39,845 bases of DNA, taken from positions 1 to 39,845 of the IMG/VR virus record IMGVR_UViG_3300033076_001191; one strand, given 5' to 3'. Shown here piece after piece: positions 1-9,714 of the stretch; the first letter of the stretch is position 1; each line of letters begins with the position of its first letter. A model generated the notes under the pieces. The model was not told the DNA's origin and searched no databases. It saw only the letters and a program-made list of their open reading frames with translations. This stretch comes from a virus. Lineage: Duplodnaviria > Caudoviricetes. A program made the translations under genes and the position numbers.

Positions 1-1
1 T

Positions 2-1159
2 CGCCTCAAGTTCGCGTACCTCGAAAAGGACTCGGACGCGGAAGAGTACCAAGGCCACAACTACACTCGCATCTACATCGAAGAGCTCACCAACTTCCCT
101 TCCCCTTCGCCTGTTAATAAGCTCCGTGCTACCCTTCGCAGCGGTACTGGCGTGCCTGTTGGTATGCGCCTTACCGGAAACCCAGGAGGCCCCGGGCACA
201 ACTGGGTCAAGGCCCGATACATTGACCCAGATCCTCGCGGCTATCGGGTCATCACAGAATCCACAGAGCTGGAACTGGATGGAAAGAAAATCACCGTTTC
301 CCTCGATCGCGTCTTCATCCCCAGTAAGATCGGAGACAACCAGCTTCTCATCCGGAATGACCCTACATATGTCCTACGTCTTAAGCAATCCGGTTCCGAA
401 GCCCTAGTAAAGGCCTGGCTTGAAGGAAACTGGGACATCGTTGACGGAGCCTTTTTCGATGAGTGGTCACCGAAGCACGTCCTTAAGACCCACGAATGGA
501 TTACCAGGATCCCGCAAACCGCCAATGTCTTCCGGGCATTTGACTGGGGTTCCGCGAAACCCTTTTCCTGCGGCTGGTACGCCATTTCTGACGGTACTTG
601 GGGGCTTCCGCACGGCGCTCTGCTCAAGTTTCACGAATGGTACGGCTCCAGTGGCCCGAACAAGGGTCTCAAGATGACCGCGGATCTCGTGGCACAGGGG
701 ATTAAAGTCCGGGATAAGGACCTTCGCAAGCGCATTTCCTACGGCGTGGCTGATCCTGCTATCTACATCCGCGACGGCGGCCCTTCCATTGCGGAATCCA
801 TGGCTATCCAAGGTATCACATGGCGGCGGGCGGATAATAAGCGAAAAACAGGCTGGGAGCAGCTCCGCATGCGACTTGTAGGCGACGGGGAGACCCCGAT
901 GCTATACTTCCTCGACTGCTGCGAAGACACAATCCGCACCATCCCCACTCTCCAGCATGATGAAGGCGACCCCGAAGACCTGGACACCGAGGCCGAGGAT
1001 CACGCAGCAGACGAAACCCGCTATGCCTGCATGTCCCGCCCCTGGGTTCCCGCTGGTAAAATCGAACCAGGATCGGGCTTGCCTAAACTGCCAGGCCAAC
1101 ATACCATCAATGAGCTTATCGGCAAGATCCGCAAAAAGCGGCTTGCCCAACAGGATTAA
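2..1159 (+). CDS. terL: Terminase large subunit, 5'-truncated (C-terminal part of ATPase plus RNase H-like nuclease)
   Basis: Open frame from base 2 (RLKFAYLEKDSDAEEYQG..YIEE Walker B, LTGNPGG coupling motif), nuclease motifs AFDWG and EDHAADETRY. Same frame as ORF 152..1159. The N-terminal part is at the other contig end. Confidence 0.95.
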   Translation, partial: RLKFAYLEKDSDAEEYQGHNYTRIYIEELTNFPSPSPVNKLRATLRSGTGVPVGMRLTGNPGGPGHNWVKARYIDPDPRGYRVITESTELELDGKKITVSLDRVFIPSKIGDNQLLIRNDPTYVLRLKQSGSEALVKAWLEGNWDIVDGAFFDEWSPKHVLKTHEWITRIPQTANVFRAFDWGSAKPFSCGWYAISDGTWGLPHGALLKFHEWYGSSGPNKGLKMTADLVAQGIKVRDKDLRKRISYGVADPAIYIRDGGPSIAESMAIQGITWRRADNKRKTGWEQLRMRLVGDGETPMLYFLDCCEDTIRTIPTLQHDEGDPEDLDTEAEDHAADETRYACMSRPWVPAGKIEPGSGLPKLPGQHTINELIGKIRKKRLAQQD

Positions 1160-1170
1160 AAGGACCTATC

Positions 1171-2475
1171 ATGACAACTGTTGTCGGGTATCCAGCTGGA
1201 AACAGCCTGAAAAGTGGCACTGATGGATTGGTGCCCACGAATATTCACATCGGGCAGAACAAACTGTCCACTTTCAATCAAGGTCTGCGCGAAGCTCTGC
1301 GCTACTTCTCCGGCTACGTCCAGGTCGGTTCCGGTGCCACACTCGCTTACGCCACTCCGGTTCACGGTGGCTATGTCAGCACGTTGACCACGGAGATCCC
1401 AACCGACGCAGACGGCTTTTTCGTCATCCTGGCTAACGGGGACACTGCAAACACCGTCGTTGTTACCGGAGTCAGCTATCTGTGCCCGTCGGACATGTCG
1501 CAGAGGCCTTTCAACGGTGTCGCCCGGACAACTGGCAGCTTCGACGGCTCTGCCGGTGTGACGATCCCCGTCGCCCCGAGCACCCGCCTCCCCTCTTTCG
1601 TTCGCAGCGACACCACCTACCTCTCCACAGTCCCACGCACGGATGACCCTTCGCTGACCAGCCGCATCATTCACGTTCGCGTGAGCTTCGCGGCAGCGGC
1701 CGATACCACGTCCCTGCCTTACTGGTCGCGCGGCGGTACCCGCTGGACTTCCAACCCCACCGGCTATGACACCTGGACAACGATTTCCGCTGGCGATCAG
1801 ACGGACAACGTCACCGGCCTGGGCCAGCCTGTGGACCATGACGGTGGTTGCATGATCTTCGGGATTGGATACTTGTCTCGCGGGAAGGTGCGCGTCGTCG
1901 GCCTTTCCGGCGACTCCTTCATGAACGGCGAAGAGGAAGGCTCGGGCGCCCGTTCTTTCTGGGTCGAGGGCCTGCTCTCCGCCAGTTCGGCTTCCCAGCC
2001 TATCGAAGTCATGAATATGTCACGCGGGGGCGACACCACGGCTCAATCTGTGGACCGGGCTTTGGCGATCATGGCCCTGTACAACCCCACAGACATTGTT
2101 CAAAATTGGTTCACCCCCAACAGTGGGGTTACTGCTGCAAACCTGCTCACCCAACGCCAACAAGTCCAGCGTATGCTTCAGTACGCAGACGCGAACAAAC
2201 TCACACCTTGGCTTGCCACGGGTTCCCCGAATACAAACGCTGGAAACACTGCCAGCAACTATGATGCCGCGGCTCGTACTCGTCAGTACGCATACAATGC
2301 CGATGCTGTGAACTATGCGCGCGTTGTGGACCTGGCTTCCATCACGCTGGGCAACAAGGATCTCGGTCTGTGGCCCCTCGGAGCCAGCTCCGACGGTGTG
2401 CATCCGCAGGCTTCTTGGTCTACCTCGAATCTCGTGCCTTACGTTGCGCGTTTCTTCGCTGCGCAACCAGCTTAA
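1171..2475 (+). CDS. SGNH/GDSL hydrolase-domain protein with beta-rich N-terminus (possible virion-associated esterase/RBP)
   Basis: SGNH blocks in order: GLSGDSFMNG, NMSRGGDT, WFTPNS, SSDGVHP. AAGGA RBS upstream. Confidence 0.75.
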   Translation: MTTVVGYPAGNSLKSGTDGLVPTNIHIGQNKLSTFNQGLREALRYFSGYVQVGSGATLAYATPVHGGYVSTLTTEIPTDADGFFVILANGDTANTVVVTGVSYLCPSDMSQRPFNGVARTTGSFDGSAGVTIPVAPSTRLPSFVRSDTTYLSTVPRTDDPSLTSRIIHVRVSFAAAADTTSLPYWSRGGTRWTSNPTGYDTWTTISAGDQTDNVTGLGQPVDHDGGCMIFGIGYLSRGKVRVVGLSGDSFMNGEEEGSGARSFWVEGLLSASSASQPIEVMNMSRGGDTTAQSVDRALAIMALYNPTDIVQNWFTPNSGVTAANLLTQRQQVQRMLQYADANKLTPWLATGSPNTNAGNTASNYDAAARTRQYAYNADAVNYARVVDLASITLGNKDLGLWPLGASSDGVHPQASWSTSNLVPYVARFFAAQPA

Positions 2476-2487
2476 CAAGGGGCTACT

Positions 2488-4095
2488 ATGCCATACGGAT
2501 CAGATCCTAATGACGTCTACCACAATGGGCAGTGGTACAAACGTTCGTCAGTTCCTTTGAACGGGAGCCTCTTCCCGTCCATTCTTGCCACAGACTACAG
2601 TGGCAGTCCCTCGCGTTTGTCCGTACTGAAAACAGCCGTCGCTGCGAATTCCGCTGTCGTCTCGGTAGTTGGTATGAGCATTGAGGCCGCTGCCAACCAA
2701 GCTCCTGTCGCAGCGGGCCTGTTCCGTCTGTTGAAGCGCCGTTTGAAACAGGCTCTTCCGAACGTGACCTTTACGTTCAACAATCTGAGCATCGGCGGTA
2801 CAACTGCCGATCAGCCCCTGTCTTGGACTTCCAAACAAACTTCCCCAAGCGGTACGCAGTTCACTGTCCCCACAACTACCAATGCTAACTATGAAGAGCG
2901 TTGGACCGGTATTACGCCGACTGATGGTAAGCTGTGGATGCAGTACGCAGCAGACACCGCGCCTGATCTGTTGATCCTGCACTTCGATCTCAATGACGCA
3001 ACGCCTCAGACGTTCCGCACCAACATGTTGGCGCTGATCAATGACGTTGATACTGACGCCAAGTGGGCTGGAAAGCGTCCTTCCTTGATGATGGTGGCCA
3101 GCCATACCGGCCTGACCACTCCTTCCATCATCCGGCAGAATCACCGCATCCTGCGCAGCATCGCGGTGGAGAAGGGTATTCCGCTGATCGATGCCGGTCG
3201 TATCTATGACCTGATGACCACTGGTTACGATCCTTTGGATTATGGCGCTGTGTGGGACACAGAGCTGTTTGACAAGCCTTGGGTCGCGGGGGCTCCGAAT
3301 TACGGGCGCATCCCCGGCTCTGGCAGCGACTTCACCCTCGACCCTGTGTATTGGGACGCCGTGAACTGCGCCTCAAACACCACAGGTGTAGATTTGCGGG
3401 CTGTTGCTGCCGCGGCCATGTCGTTCCTGCGCAAGCGTCTGCATACGGACGGCGCCGTTCAGCAGCAGTTCCAGTCGTTCAACGCCTCGAACACCTTCAG
3501 CATTTTCTACCGTATCGATCCGACTGATGCCAACTATTCGGCAGCAACTGCCGGCGGCGGAACTGCGCAAGGCTACGAACTCCGCCTCTCCGGCACCACG
3601 CTGACTTTGTACTGGCGTGCCTCCGGGCAGGCAGTCTCTTCAATCGGTTCCGTCAATTTGACAAACGGGGTCAGCACTTCCAGTGTTCATCTGGTCCGTG
3701 TCGAGTACTCAGGCGGCCGGCACTACGCGGAAATTATCTGCAACTCCTCTGGAGCTTCTTCCGAACGCCGGGAACTGGAAGTTTTCCACGGCGGCTATAT
3801 TGGTGATGGGTATTCAGGTGTCGGTACCACAGGCGGCGCAACTGCTCGAGTTACCGTATCTTCGACAAACGTCAAGCAATCTTCTGTCATGGACTTTGCG
3901 GCGCCCGTGCAGGTCACCAATCCACAGATTGGAGAAGTGGAGGCCTTTGGCTCGGGACCTTCAACCGCTTTCCTCGCTACTTTCGGGCAGTCGCAAGGAA
4001 ACGGCACCAACCACCCGACTTCACTTGGCCTGACCTCTTGCTACGAAGCGGCTATCGGAGTTGCCTTGCGCGGTATCAAGGGGCTTTTGGCATGA
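2488..4095 (+). CDS. Second SGNH-like protein with a large beta-sandwich insertion (possible tailspike/deacetylase)
   Basis: VVGMSI (block I variant), NLSIGGTT, HFDLND, IPLIDA, C-terminal GTNHPTSLG. About 250 aa S/T/G-rich beta region lies before block V. Confidence 0.65.
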   Translation: MPYGSDPNDVYHNGQWYKRSSVPLNGSLFPSILATDYSGSPSRLSVLKTAVAANSAVVSVVGMSIEAAANQAPVAAGLFRLLKRRLKQALPNVTFTFNNLSIGGTTADQPLSWTSKQTSPSGTQFTVPTTTNANYEERWTGITPTDGKLWMQYAADTAPDLLILHFDLNDATPQTFRTNMLALINDVDTDAKWAGKRPSLMMVASHTGLTTPSIIRQNHRILRSIAVEKGIPLIDAGRIYDLMTTGYDPLDYGAVWDTELFDKPWVAGAPNYGRIPGSGSDFTLDPVYWDAVNCASNTTGVDLRAVAAAAMSFLRKRLHTDGAVQQQFQSFNASNTFSIFYRIDPTDANYSAATAGGGTAQGYELRLSGTTLTLYWRASGQAVSSIGSVNLTNGVSTSSVHLVRVEYSGGRHYAEIICNSSGASSERRELEVFHGGYIGDGYSGVGTTGGATARVTVSSTNVKQSSVMDFAAPVQVTNPQIGEVEAFGSGPSTAFLATFGQSQGNGTNHPTSLGLTSCYEAAIGVALRGIKGLLA

Positions 4096-4469
4096 TCCGC
4101 CTTTTGCCCCTCGCCCTCGCTTTGGCAGCTTCCGTGGGGGCAGCTCAACAACTTGACTGCACCCCAGTGAATCCACTGGCCATCTCTTTCCGGCAGAACA
4201 GTCTCGGTATCTGGGCGGCATGGATGTGCGGAAAGCGCATCAACATCGTCGCTTGCCGGACTGATCACTGTACCGAAGAGGTAGTCAACGCCGCGTCTTG
4301 GGTATGGGGCAGGGGCATGAAACTGCAAGACGCAAACTCCGCCCTCAAAAAGTACAAAGCTGGTGGTATCTGCGATCCTCAGGTATATTCTGTCTGGTGG
4401 CAGGATAAGTGGAAACTGCAGCAAGATTTTTCCCTGTCCAATGACTACATGAAAACAATCTGCCCGTAA
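4092..4469 (+). CDS. Small secreted/periplasmic Cys- and Trp-rich protein, unknown function (125 aa)
   Basis: ATGA overlap with upstream stop; signal-peptide-like MIRLLPLALALAASVGAA; 6 Cys in the mature part. Confidence 0.7.
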   Translation: MIRLLPLALALAASVGAAQQLDCTPVNPLAISFRQNSLGIWAAWMCGKRINIVACRTDHCTEEVVNAASWVWGRGMKLQDANSALKKYKAGGICDPQVYSVWWQDKWKLQQDFSLSNDYMKTICP

Positions 4470-4478
4470 AAGGTCATC

Positions 4479-6590
4479 ATGGAAAACACAGATTCCACAC
4501 CGAACAGTGCTGTTCAGTCTTGGCTGGAGGAGATCCAGCAAGCACAAAAACGGGAGCGCGAGTTTCGCAAGGAAGGTGCTCGTATTACGGCACTGTTCGA
4601 GGCGGAGAAAAAGGCTGAGTACCAGTTCAACATCCTGTACTCGAACACCGAAACCCTGGCCCCGGCCCTGTACAACAGCACGCCTCGCCCGGTAGTGCAG
4701 CGCCGTTTCAAGGATCCAGACCCTCTTGGCGGCCTAGCTTCCAAAGCTACTCAACGGGCTCTGGAGTATATGCTGGACGACGGCATGGCCTCTTATGCCA
4801 CTTTCGATGAGCTGATGAAGTCGGCTGTGTTGGAAGCTCTCGTCCCCGGGCGCGGTGTTACTTGGTTCAAGTATGATGCAAGCTTCGAAACTGTGCGGGA
4901 ACAGGCGCAGGAAGATGCAGAGACCACGGAAACAGGAATCGACACTGAAGCCACAGAACCCTCGGGCTATGAAAGTGTCGAAGGCGAGCAAGTATGCGGC
5001 GAAGAGGTCCCTTGGGACCGTTTCCTGCACGGCTACGCTAAAAAGTGGAAAGATGTTCCCTGGGTGTCCAGGGAACATTTCATGGACAAGGACGAGGTCG
5101 AGAAGAACTTCGGGGCTCCCATCGCTGCTCGTGTAGAGTTCGCCGCGCTGCAGGAAAATTCTACTGGAGACGAGGGGAACAGCAATCGCGACAAAGCCGG
5201 CATGGCTAACGTTAAAGTCGCACCTGTTTATGAGATCTGGGACAAGGCAACCCGCAAAGTTTACTTCGTCTCCCCGAACTTCAAGGATGATTTCCTCAAG
5301 CCTCCCGTTGACGACCCGCTGGGCTTGTCAGGATTTTTCCCTTGCCCGAAGCCCCTTACCTTCGTGCAAAAGATCACTACCCTGACGCCAGTTCCCCTCT
5401 ACGCCATGTACGAGGAGCAGGCCAAGGAGCTGAATAAAGTCACTGTCCGTATCAACAAGCTGATCGCAGCTTTGAAGGTGCGTGGCATGTATGACGGCTC
5501 CGTGGATGGCATCGACAAGGTCCTGGAAGCTGATGACAACACCCTGCTTCCAGCCCAAAACGTCGCTGCCTTATACGGCTCCGGCGGTGGCGGCGGTCTG
5601 GACAAGTCCGTCTGGCTCTTCCCGATCAAGGATATCATCCCTGTCCTGCAGCAGCTCTACCTCCAGCGCAATCAGGTCAAACAGACCATCTACGAAATCA
5701 CTGGTATTGCTGACATCATGCGGGGCAGCTCGCAAGCGAGCGAAACCCTCGGGGCGCAGGAGCTGAAGAATCAATGGGGTACGTTGCGACTGAAGCGGGC
5801 TCAAAAGGAGGTTGCTCGGTATGCCCGCGACTCTCTGCGCATCATGACGGAAATCGCCATGAGCAAGCTCCACCCGCAGACGCTGCAGGGGATGACTGGC
5901 CTGCCTATTCCTACAGGGGAGCAGAAGCAGCAAGTCCAGGCCCAGGCCATGCAGCTGCAAGCCACTGGTCAGCCAGTCCCGCCAGACTTGGTGAAAGTCC
6001 TGTCCGGCCCTTCCTGGACTGACATCCTTGCCCTGCTGAAAAATGACCTTCAGCGCAGCTATCGTATCGACATCGAGACTAACTCGACTATCGACGCTGA
6101 GGCTACTGAAGACAAGAAGGATATCGGGGAACTGCTCAACGCCCTTGCTCAGTTCCTGAATGGCATCGGCCCGCTGATCGAATCTGGCACTATGCCGTTT
6201 GACGCCGCCAAGAGCATGATGATGGTCATTGTTCGTCGCTTCAAATTCGGCAACGAGGTTGAAGAGCAGATCAATGCCATGCAGCCTCCTCAGGCCAAAC
6301 CCGACCCGCAGGCGCAGAAAGCTCAACTGGAAATGCAGCAGTTGCAGCAGGAAATGGCTGGAAAAGAGCGTGAGCGCGCTCAGACAGCCCAATTGGCGCA
6401 AATGGACATGGCGCTCAAGCAGCGCGAACACGAACTTCAAATGGAGGCGTTGCGCAGACAGCAAGAATTCGATATCCTTGCGCATCAAATGAAGTTGAAA
6501 GAATTGGCCGCGAAAACTGAAGCTACGCTAGTTTCTGCCCGCGTCAAGGCAACTTCCGCTAAAACGCCTTCCAAGCAAGGAGCTTCTTGA
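4479..6590 (+). CDS. Portal protein (long, with Q/E-rich coiled-coil C-terminal barrel)
   Basis: 703 aa; position between terL and scaffold/capsid; YEITGIADIMRG..ETLGAQ portal-like segment; helical C-terminus as in P22-type portals. Confidence 0.88.
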   Translation: MENTDSTPNSAVQSWLEEIQQAQKREREFRKEGARITALFEAEKKAEYQFNILYSNTETLAPALYNSTPRPVVQRRFKDPDPLGGLASKATQRALEYMLDDGMASYATFDELMKSAVLEALVPGRGVTWFKYDASFETVREQAQEDAETTETGIDTEATEPSGYESVEGEQVCGEEVPWDRFLHGYAKKWKDVPWVSREHFMDKDEVEKNFGAPIAARVEFAALQENSTGDEGNSNRDKAGMANVKVAPVYEIWDKATRKVYFVSPNFKDDFLKPPVDDPLGLSGFFPCPKPLTFVQKITTLTPVPLYAMYEEQAKELNKVTVRINKLIAALKVRGMYDGSVDGIDKVLEADDNTLLPAQNVAALYGSGGGGGLDKSVWLFPIKDIIPVLQQLYLQRNQVKQTIYEITGIADIMRGSSQASETLGAQELKNQWGTLRLKRAQKEVARYARDSLRIMTEIAMSKLHPQTLQGMTGLPIPTGEQKQQVQAQAMQLQATGQPVPPDLVKVLSGPSWTDILALLKNDLQRSYRIDIETNSTIDAEATEDKKDIGELLNALAQFLNGIGPLIESGTMPFDAAKSMMMVIVRRFKFGNEVEEQINAMQPPQAKPDPQAQKAQLEMQQLQQEMAGKERERAQTAQLAQMDMALKQREHELQMEALRRQQEFDILAHQMKLKELAAKTEATLVSARVKATSAKTPSKQGAS

Positions 6591-7009
6591 TGCCGCTTTA
6601 CACTTACAAATGCCCAAAATGTCACTGCAAGCAGCCTGTATTCAAAAAGATTGCGGAGCTTGAGGAAGCCGAGCTTTGCGATCGAGACGGAGCAGAAATG
6701 CAGCGGGTTATCGAGGCCCCAGCAGTCAGGGGAGACTACCCTGGCTATGAATGTCCGATTTCCGGTGCTTGGATCGAGGGGCGGCGTGCCCATGAAGAAA
6801 ACCTGAAAAAGCACGGCTGCCGTGTCCTGGAACCGGGGGAAACCCGGCAGGCAGAGCAGTTCCGTGCCCAACAGGATGCGGCTTTCGAGGCCGCGATCGA
6901 ACAAACAGCAGAGCAGCTTGTCGAGTCCCTGCCTGCTAGGAAGAGAGAGCAGCTAGCTGCCGAAATGGAACAAGGACTTGATGTATCTTTCGAGCGGCAA
7001 TCCGCTTAA
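6590..7009 (+). CDS. FmdB-like zinc-ribbon protein
   Basis: MPLYTYKCPKC N-terminus, typical of the FmdB zinc-ribbon family; TGATG coupling to portal. Confidence 0.75.
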   Translation: MPLYTYKCPKCHCKQPVFKKIAELEEAELCDRDGAEMQRVIEAPAVRGDYPGYECPISGAWIEGRRAHEENLKKHGCRVLEPGETRQAEQFRAQQDAAFEAAIEQTAEQLVESLPARKREQLAAEMEQGLDVSFERQSA

Positions 7010-7020
7010 TGGAGTTTTCT

Positions 7021-8058
7021 ATGCCTGGGGATCTGGAATTTGATATGGATGGTGCTTTGGGGGATATTTCCGAAGGCCTCGGTTTTTCCTCTGACAACAA
7101 CGACGACCTCAACTTGGAGGTTCCTGATGACAACACGCCATCTGACAACGGTGCTGGTAATACTGGCACTGGTGCTACTCCCACCGCAACTGGCACGCCT
7201 GCTTCGCCTACTGGCCAGACTTCCGCAACGCCTTCGGGCGATCCTGCTGCCGCAGTTCCCGCTACGCTGACTGCTCCTGTCACATGGCGGCAGGAGGCGA
7301 AGGCCGTTTGGGCAAACCTGCCGATCGAGGCTCAAAAGGAAGTCCTCAAGCGTGAACAGGACATCATGCAGGGCATCGAAAGCTACAAAGAACACGCCGC
7401 TTTTGGTCGTTCCCTGAAGAGCGTCATGGATCCTTATATCCCTGTCCTGTCTGCAGCTGGCCTCGACCCGGTCAAGCAGGTCGGCAATCTGCTCCAAGCT
7501 CACGTGGCCCTGTCAACCGGCAGTCCCGAACAAAAGGCTGCGTTTTTCCGCGCTATCGCCCAGGACTACAAGGTTGACCTGAATCAACTGGCAATCGAAG
7601 CACCCTACGTTGACCCGACAGTTCAGGCCTTGCAAACGCAGCTCAATGCTGTACAGTCCAAACTATCGAGCGACGAGCAGGCAAAACTTGCCGACAAGCG
7701 AGCTGCCTACGAACGGGAGATTACCCAGTTCGCGTCTGACCCGAAAAATCCTCACTTCGAGACCGTCGCCCCTCAGATGGCGCGCCTCATCCAGAGCGGA
7801 GTTGCAGCAACACTGCAAGAAGCTTACGAACAGGCGGTCTGGGCAAATCCTGTGACGCGTGCAGCAGAAGTTCAACGCCAACAAGCGGAAACTGCGGCAG
7901 CGGCAAAGGCAGAGGCGGAGGCTCGCGCTGCGGCAGCCCGCAAGGCAACCGCGGCCAACGTCAAAGCGCGTCCACGCAGCGGCACAGCAGCCGGTCCGTC
8001 GGGCACCATGGACGACACCCTGAAAGAAACACTCGCTGCGATCCAATCTCGCAGTTAA
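7021..8058 (+). CDS. Capsid scaffolding protein
   Basis: Acidic/disordered N-terminus, helical Ala/Gln-rich body, directly upstream of MCP. GGAG at 7011 favours ATG 7021 (7009 also possible). Confidence 0.75.
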   Translation: MPGDLEFDMDGALGDISEGLGFSSDNNDDLNLEVPDDNTPSDNGAGNTGTGATPTATGTPASPTGQTSATPSGDPAAAVPATLTAPVTWRQEAKAVWANLPIEAQKEVLKREQDIMQGIESYKEHAAFGRSLKSVMDPYIPVLSAAGLDPVKQVGNLLQAHVALSTGSPEQKAAFFRAIAQDYKVDLNQLAIEAPYVDPTVQALQTQLNAVQSKLSSDEQAKLADKRAAYEREITQFASDPKNPHFETVAPQMARLIQSGVAATLQEAYEQAVWANPVTRAAEVQRQQAETAAAAKAEAEARAAAARKATAANVKARPRSGTAAGPSGTMDDTLKETLAAIQSRS

Positions 8059-8073
8059 CCAAACGAGGCTATC

Positions 8074-9057
8074 ATGGCATCTCCCAATGCAGTTTTCACC
8101 GAACTGGTGTCCACGACCTTCCGCAAGCACTCGAAGGAAATCAAGGACAACGTCTCGAAGAACAACGCCCTCTACCGCCGGCTGGTGGACAAGGGCTCGC
8201 CCCGCAAGGAAGACGGCGGTCTGACCATCGTCACCCCGCTGGATTACGCAGCGAACAACACCTACCAGCGCTACTCTGGCTACGATGTGCTGAACATCGG
8301 CGCCAGCGATGTGATCAGCTCTGCTGAGTACCAATGGCGCCAGATCGCGGTCAACGTGGTCGCCAGCGGCATGGAGCTGCGTGTCAACAGCGGCGGCTCC
8401 CGCATCGTCAACCTGGTCAAGGCTCGCATGAAGAATGCGATCCGCACCTTCAAGAACAACTTCTCTGTCGACGTGTACAGCGATGGCACCTTGCCCAACC
8501 AGATCAACGGTCTACAGGCTCTAGTGTCCGATGCCGGCACAGGTACCGTTGGTGGTATCGACTCCTCGACCTGGACGTTCTGGAAGTCGCAGGTGCAGTC
8601 CGCTGCGGCTCCTCTGCAGGGCGGCGGCGCCATCACCCCCTCGGCCTCGACCATCGAATCACTGATGCTGCCCCTGTGGCTGTCCCTGGTTCGCGGCGAC
8701 GACAAGCCTGACCTGATCGTGATGGACAACACCTACTTCACGTTCTTCGAGCAGTCGCAGACCTCGATCAAGCGCTACACGCCTGACGGTTCGAAGGGCG
8801 CCAAGGCCAACGGCGGCTTCGTCGAGCTGAAGTACAAGAATGCCGATGTCATCTTCGACGGCGGCTCTGGCATCCCATCCGCCCATGCGTACTTCCTCAA
8901 CACGAACTACCTGGATCTGGTTGTCCACTCGGACGCCGATCTGGAGATCATGGACGAGCTGAAGCCCTACAACCAGGACGCCGCCGTGGTGCCTATCCTC
9001 TGGATGGGTAACATGGAGTGCTCGAACCGTCACCTGCAAGGTGTGATGAAGGCCTGA
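8074..9057 (+). CDS. Major capsid protein (HK97 fold inferred)
   Basis: 327 aa, strongly biased codon usage, INGLQALV..GTVGGID segment typical of these capsids, position after scaffold, GAGG RBS. Confidence 0.88.
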   Translation: MASPNAVFTELVSTTFRKHSKEIKDNVSKNNALYRRLVDKGSPRKEDGGLTIVTPLDYAANNTYQRYSGYDVLNIGASDVISSAEYQWRQIAVNVVASGMELRVNSGGSRIVNLVKARMKNAIRTFKNNFSVDVYSDGTLPNQINGLQALVSDAGTGTVGGIDSSTWTFWKSQVQSAAAPLQGGGAITPSASTIESLMLPLWLSLVRGDDKPDLIVMDNTYFTFFEQSQTSIKRYTPDGSKGAKANGGFVELKYKNADVIFDGGSGIPSAHAYFLNTNYLDLVVHSDADLEIMDELKPYNQDAAVVPILWMGNMECSNRHLQGVMKA

Positions 9058-9059
9058 TG

Positions 9060-9099
9060 TAGCACGGCCGCGTTATCCCGCCATAACGCGGCCGAGTTT
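9060..9099. promoter_or_regulatory. Double-box element copy 1
   Basis: tagcacggccgcgtta-tcccgcca-taacgcggccgagttt; 9065-9094 is also a perfect 12-bp inverted repeat. Confidence 0.8.
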
Positions 9100-9122
9100 C
9101 ACACAATCTCTGGAGTCCTATC

Positions 9123-9605
9123 ATGGCTTACAAGTTCACTGATCCGAAGGCAGGTCTGCAAGACATCGCAGTCACCTCCACAGTCCAAAATCACCCCATC
9201 GGCACTCGTGCACACGCTTACGACAGCACCTACGGTGAAGGTGAGTTCATCTACCTCAAGGGCCTGGCTTCCACAGCCGTTGGCGAAACGGTCATCTACG
9301 ACACTTACGCCAACACCACGAAGCGTGCTGTGGCCGGTGATCGTGGCCCAGCCGCTGTCGCCATGTCCGCCAACGTGGCCAACCAGTACGGTTGGTACCA
9401 GATTGCTGGCTCCGCTGTGGTCAAGGCCGGCACCGTTGCCGCGGCAGGCGCGTGTTACCTGACCGCTACCGCGGGCTCCCTTGACGATGCAGTCGTATCT
9501 GGCGACAAGATCGACGGCATGCGCTTCAAGACCGCTGATGGCACCCCGTCCGCAGGTTTTGCGGTCGCTCAGTTGGCCCGCCCGAGCCTGAACGGTAACG
9601 GCTAA
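9123..9605 (+). CDS. Probable capsid decoration/cement protein
   Basis: 160 aa, Ala/Gly/Thr-rich, YGWYQIAG motif, directly after MCP with GGAG RBS and capsid-like codon bias. Confidence 0.6.
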   Translation: MAYKFTDPKAGLQDIAVTSTVQNHPIGTRAHAYDSTYGEGEFIYLKGLASTAVGETVIYDTYANTTKRAVAGDRGPAAVAMSANVANQYGWYQIAGSAVVKAGTVAAAGACYLTATAGSLDDAVVSGDKIDGMRFKTADGTPSAGFAVAQLARPSLNGNG

Positions 9606-9630
9606 ACGCTTCCGCCTCCCCAGGGCGTTT

Positions 9631-9660
9631 CCCAAGGGGCCTATGCTCCTTGGGTTTTTT
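9631..9660 (+). terminator. Rho-independent terminator after capsid genes
   Basis: cccaagg...ccttggg stem followed by TTTTTT. Confidence 0.8.
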
Positions 9661-9714
9661 GGGGAGTTTCCTACAAGACCATTTTTCAACCCTTAACTTC
9701 CTGGGGAAGTCATC

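Noticed and set aside
1-200. Direct terminal repeat, or DGR template/variable repeat pair, with 39421-39620
   Set aside because: Only ~77% identical, differences are mainly synonymous rather than adenine-specific, and there is no reverse transcriptase.
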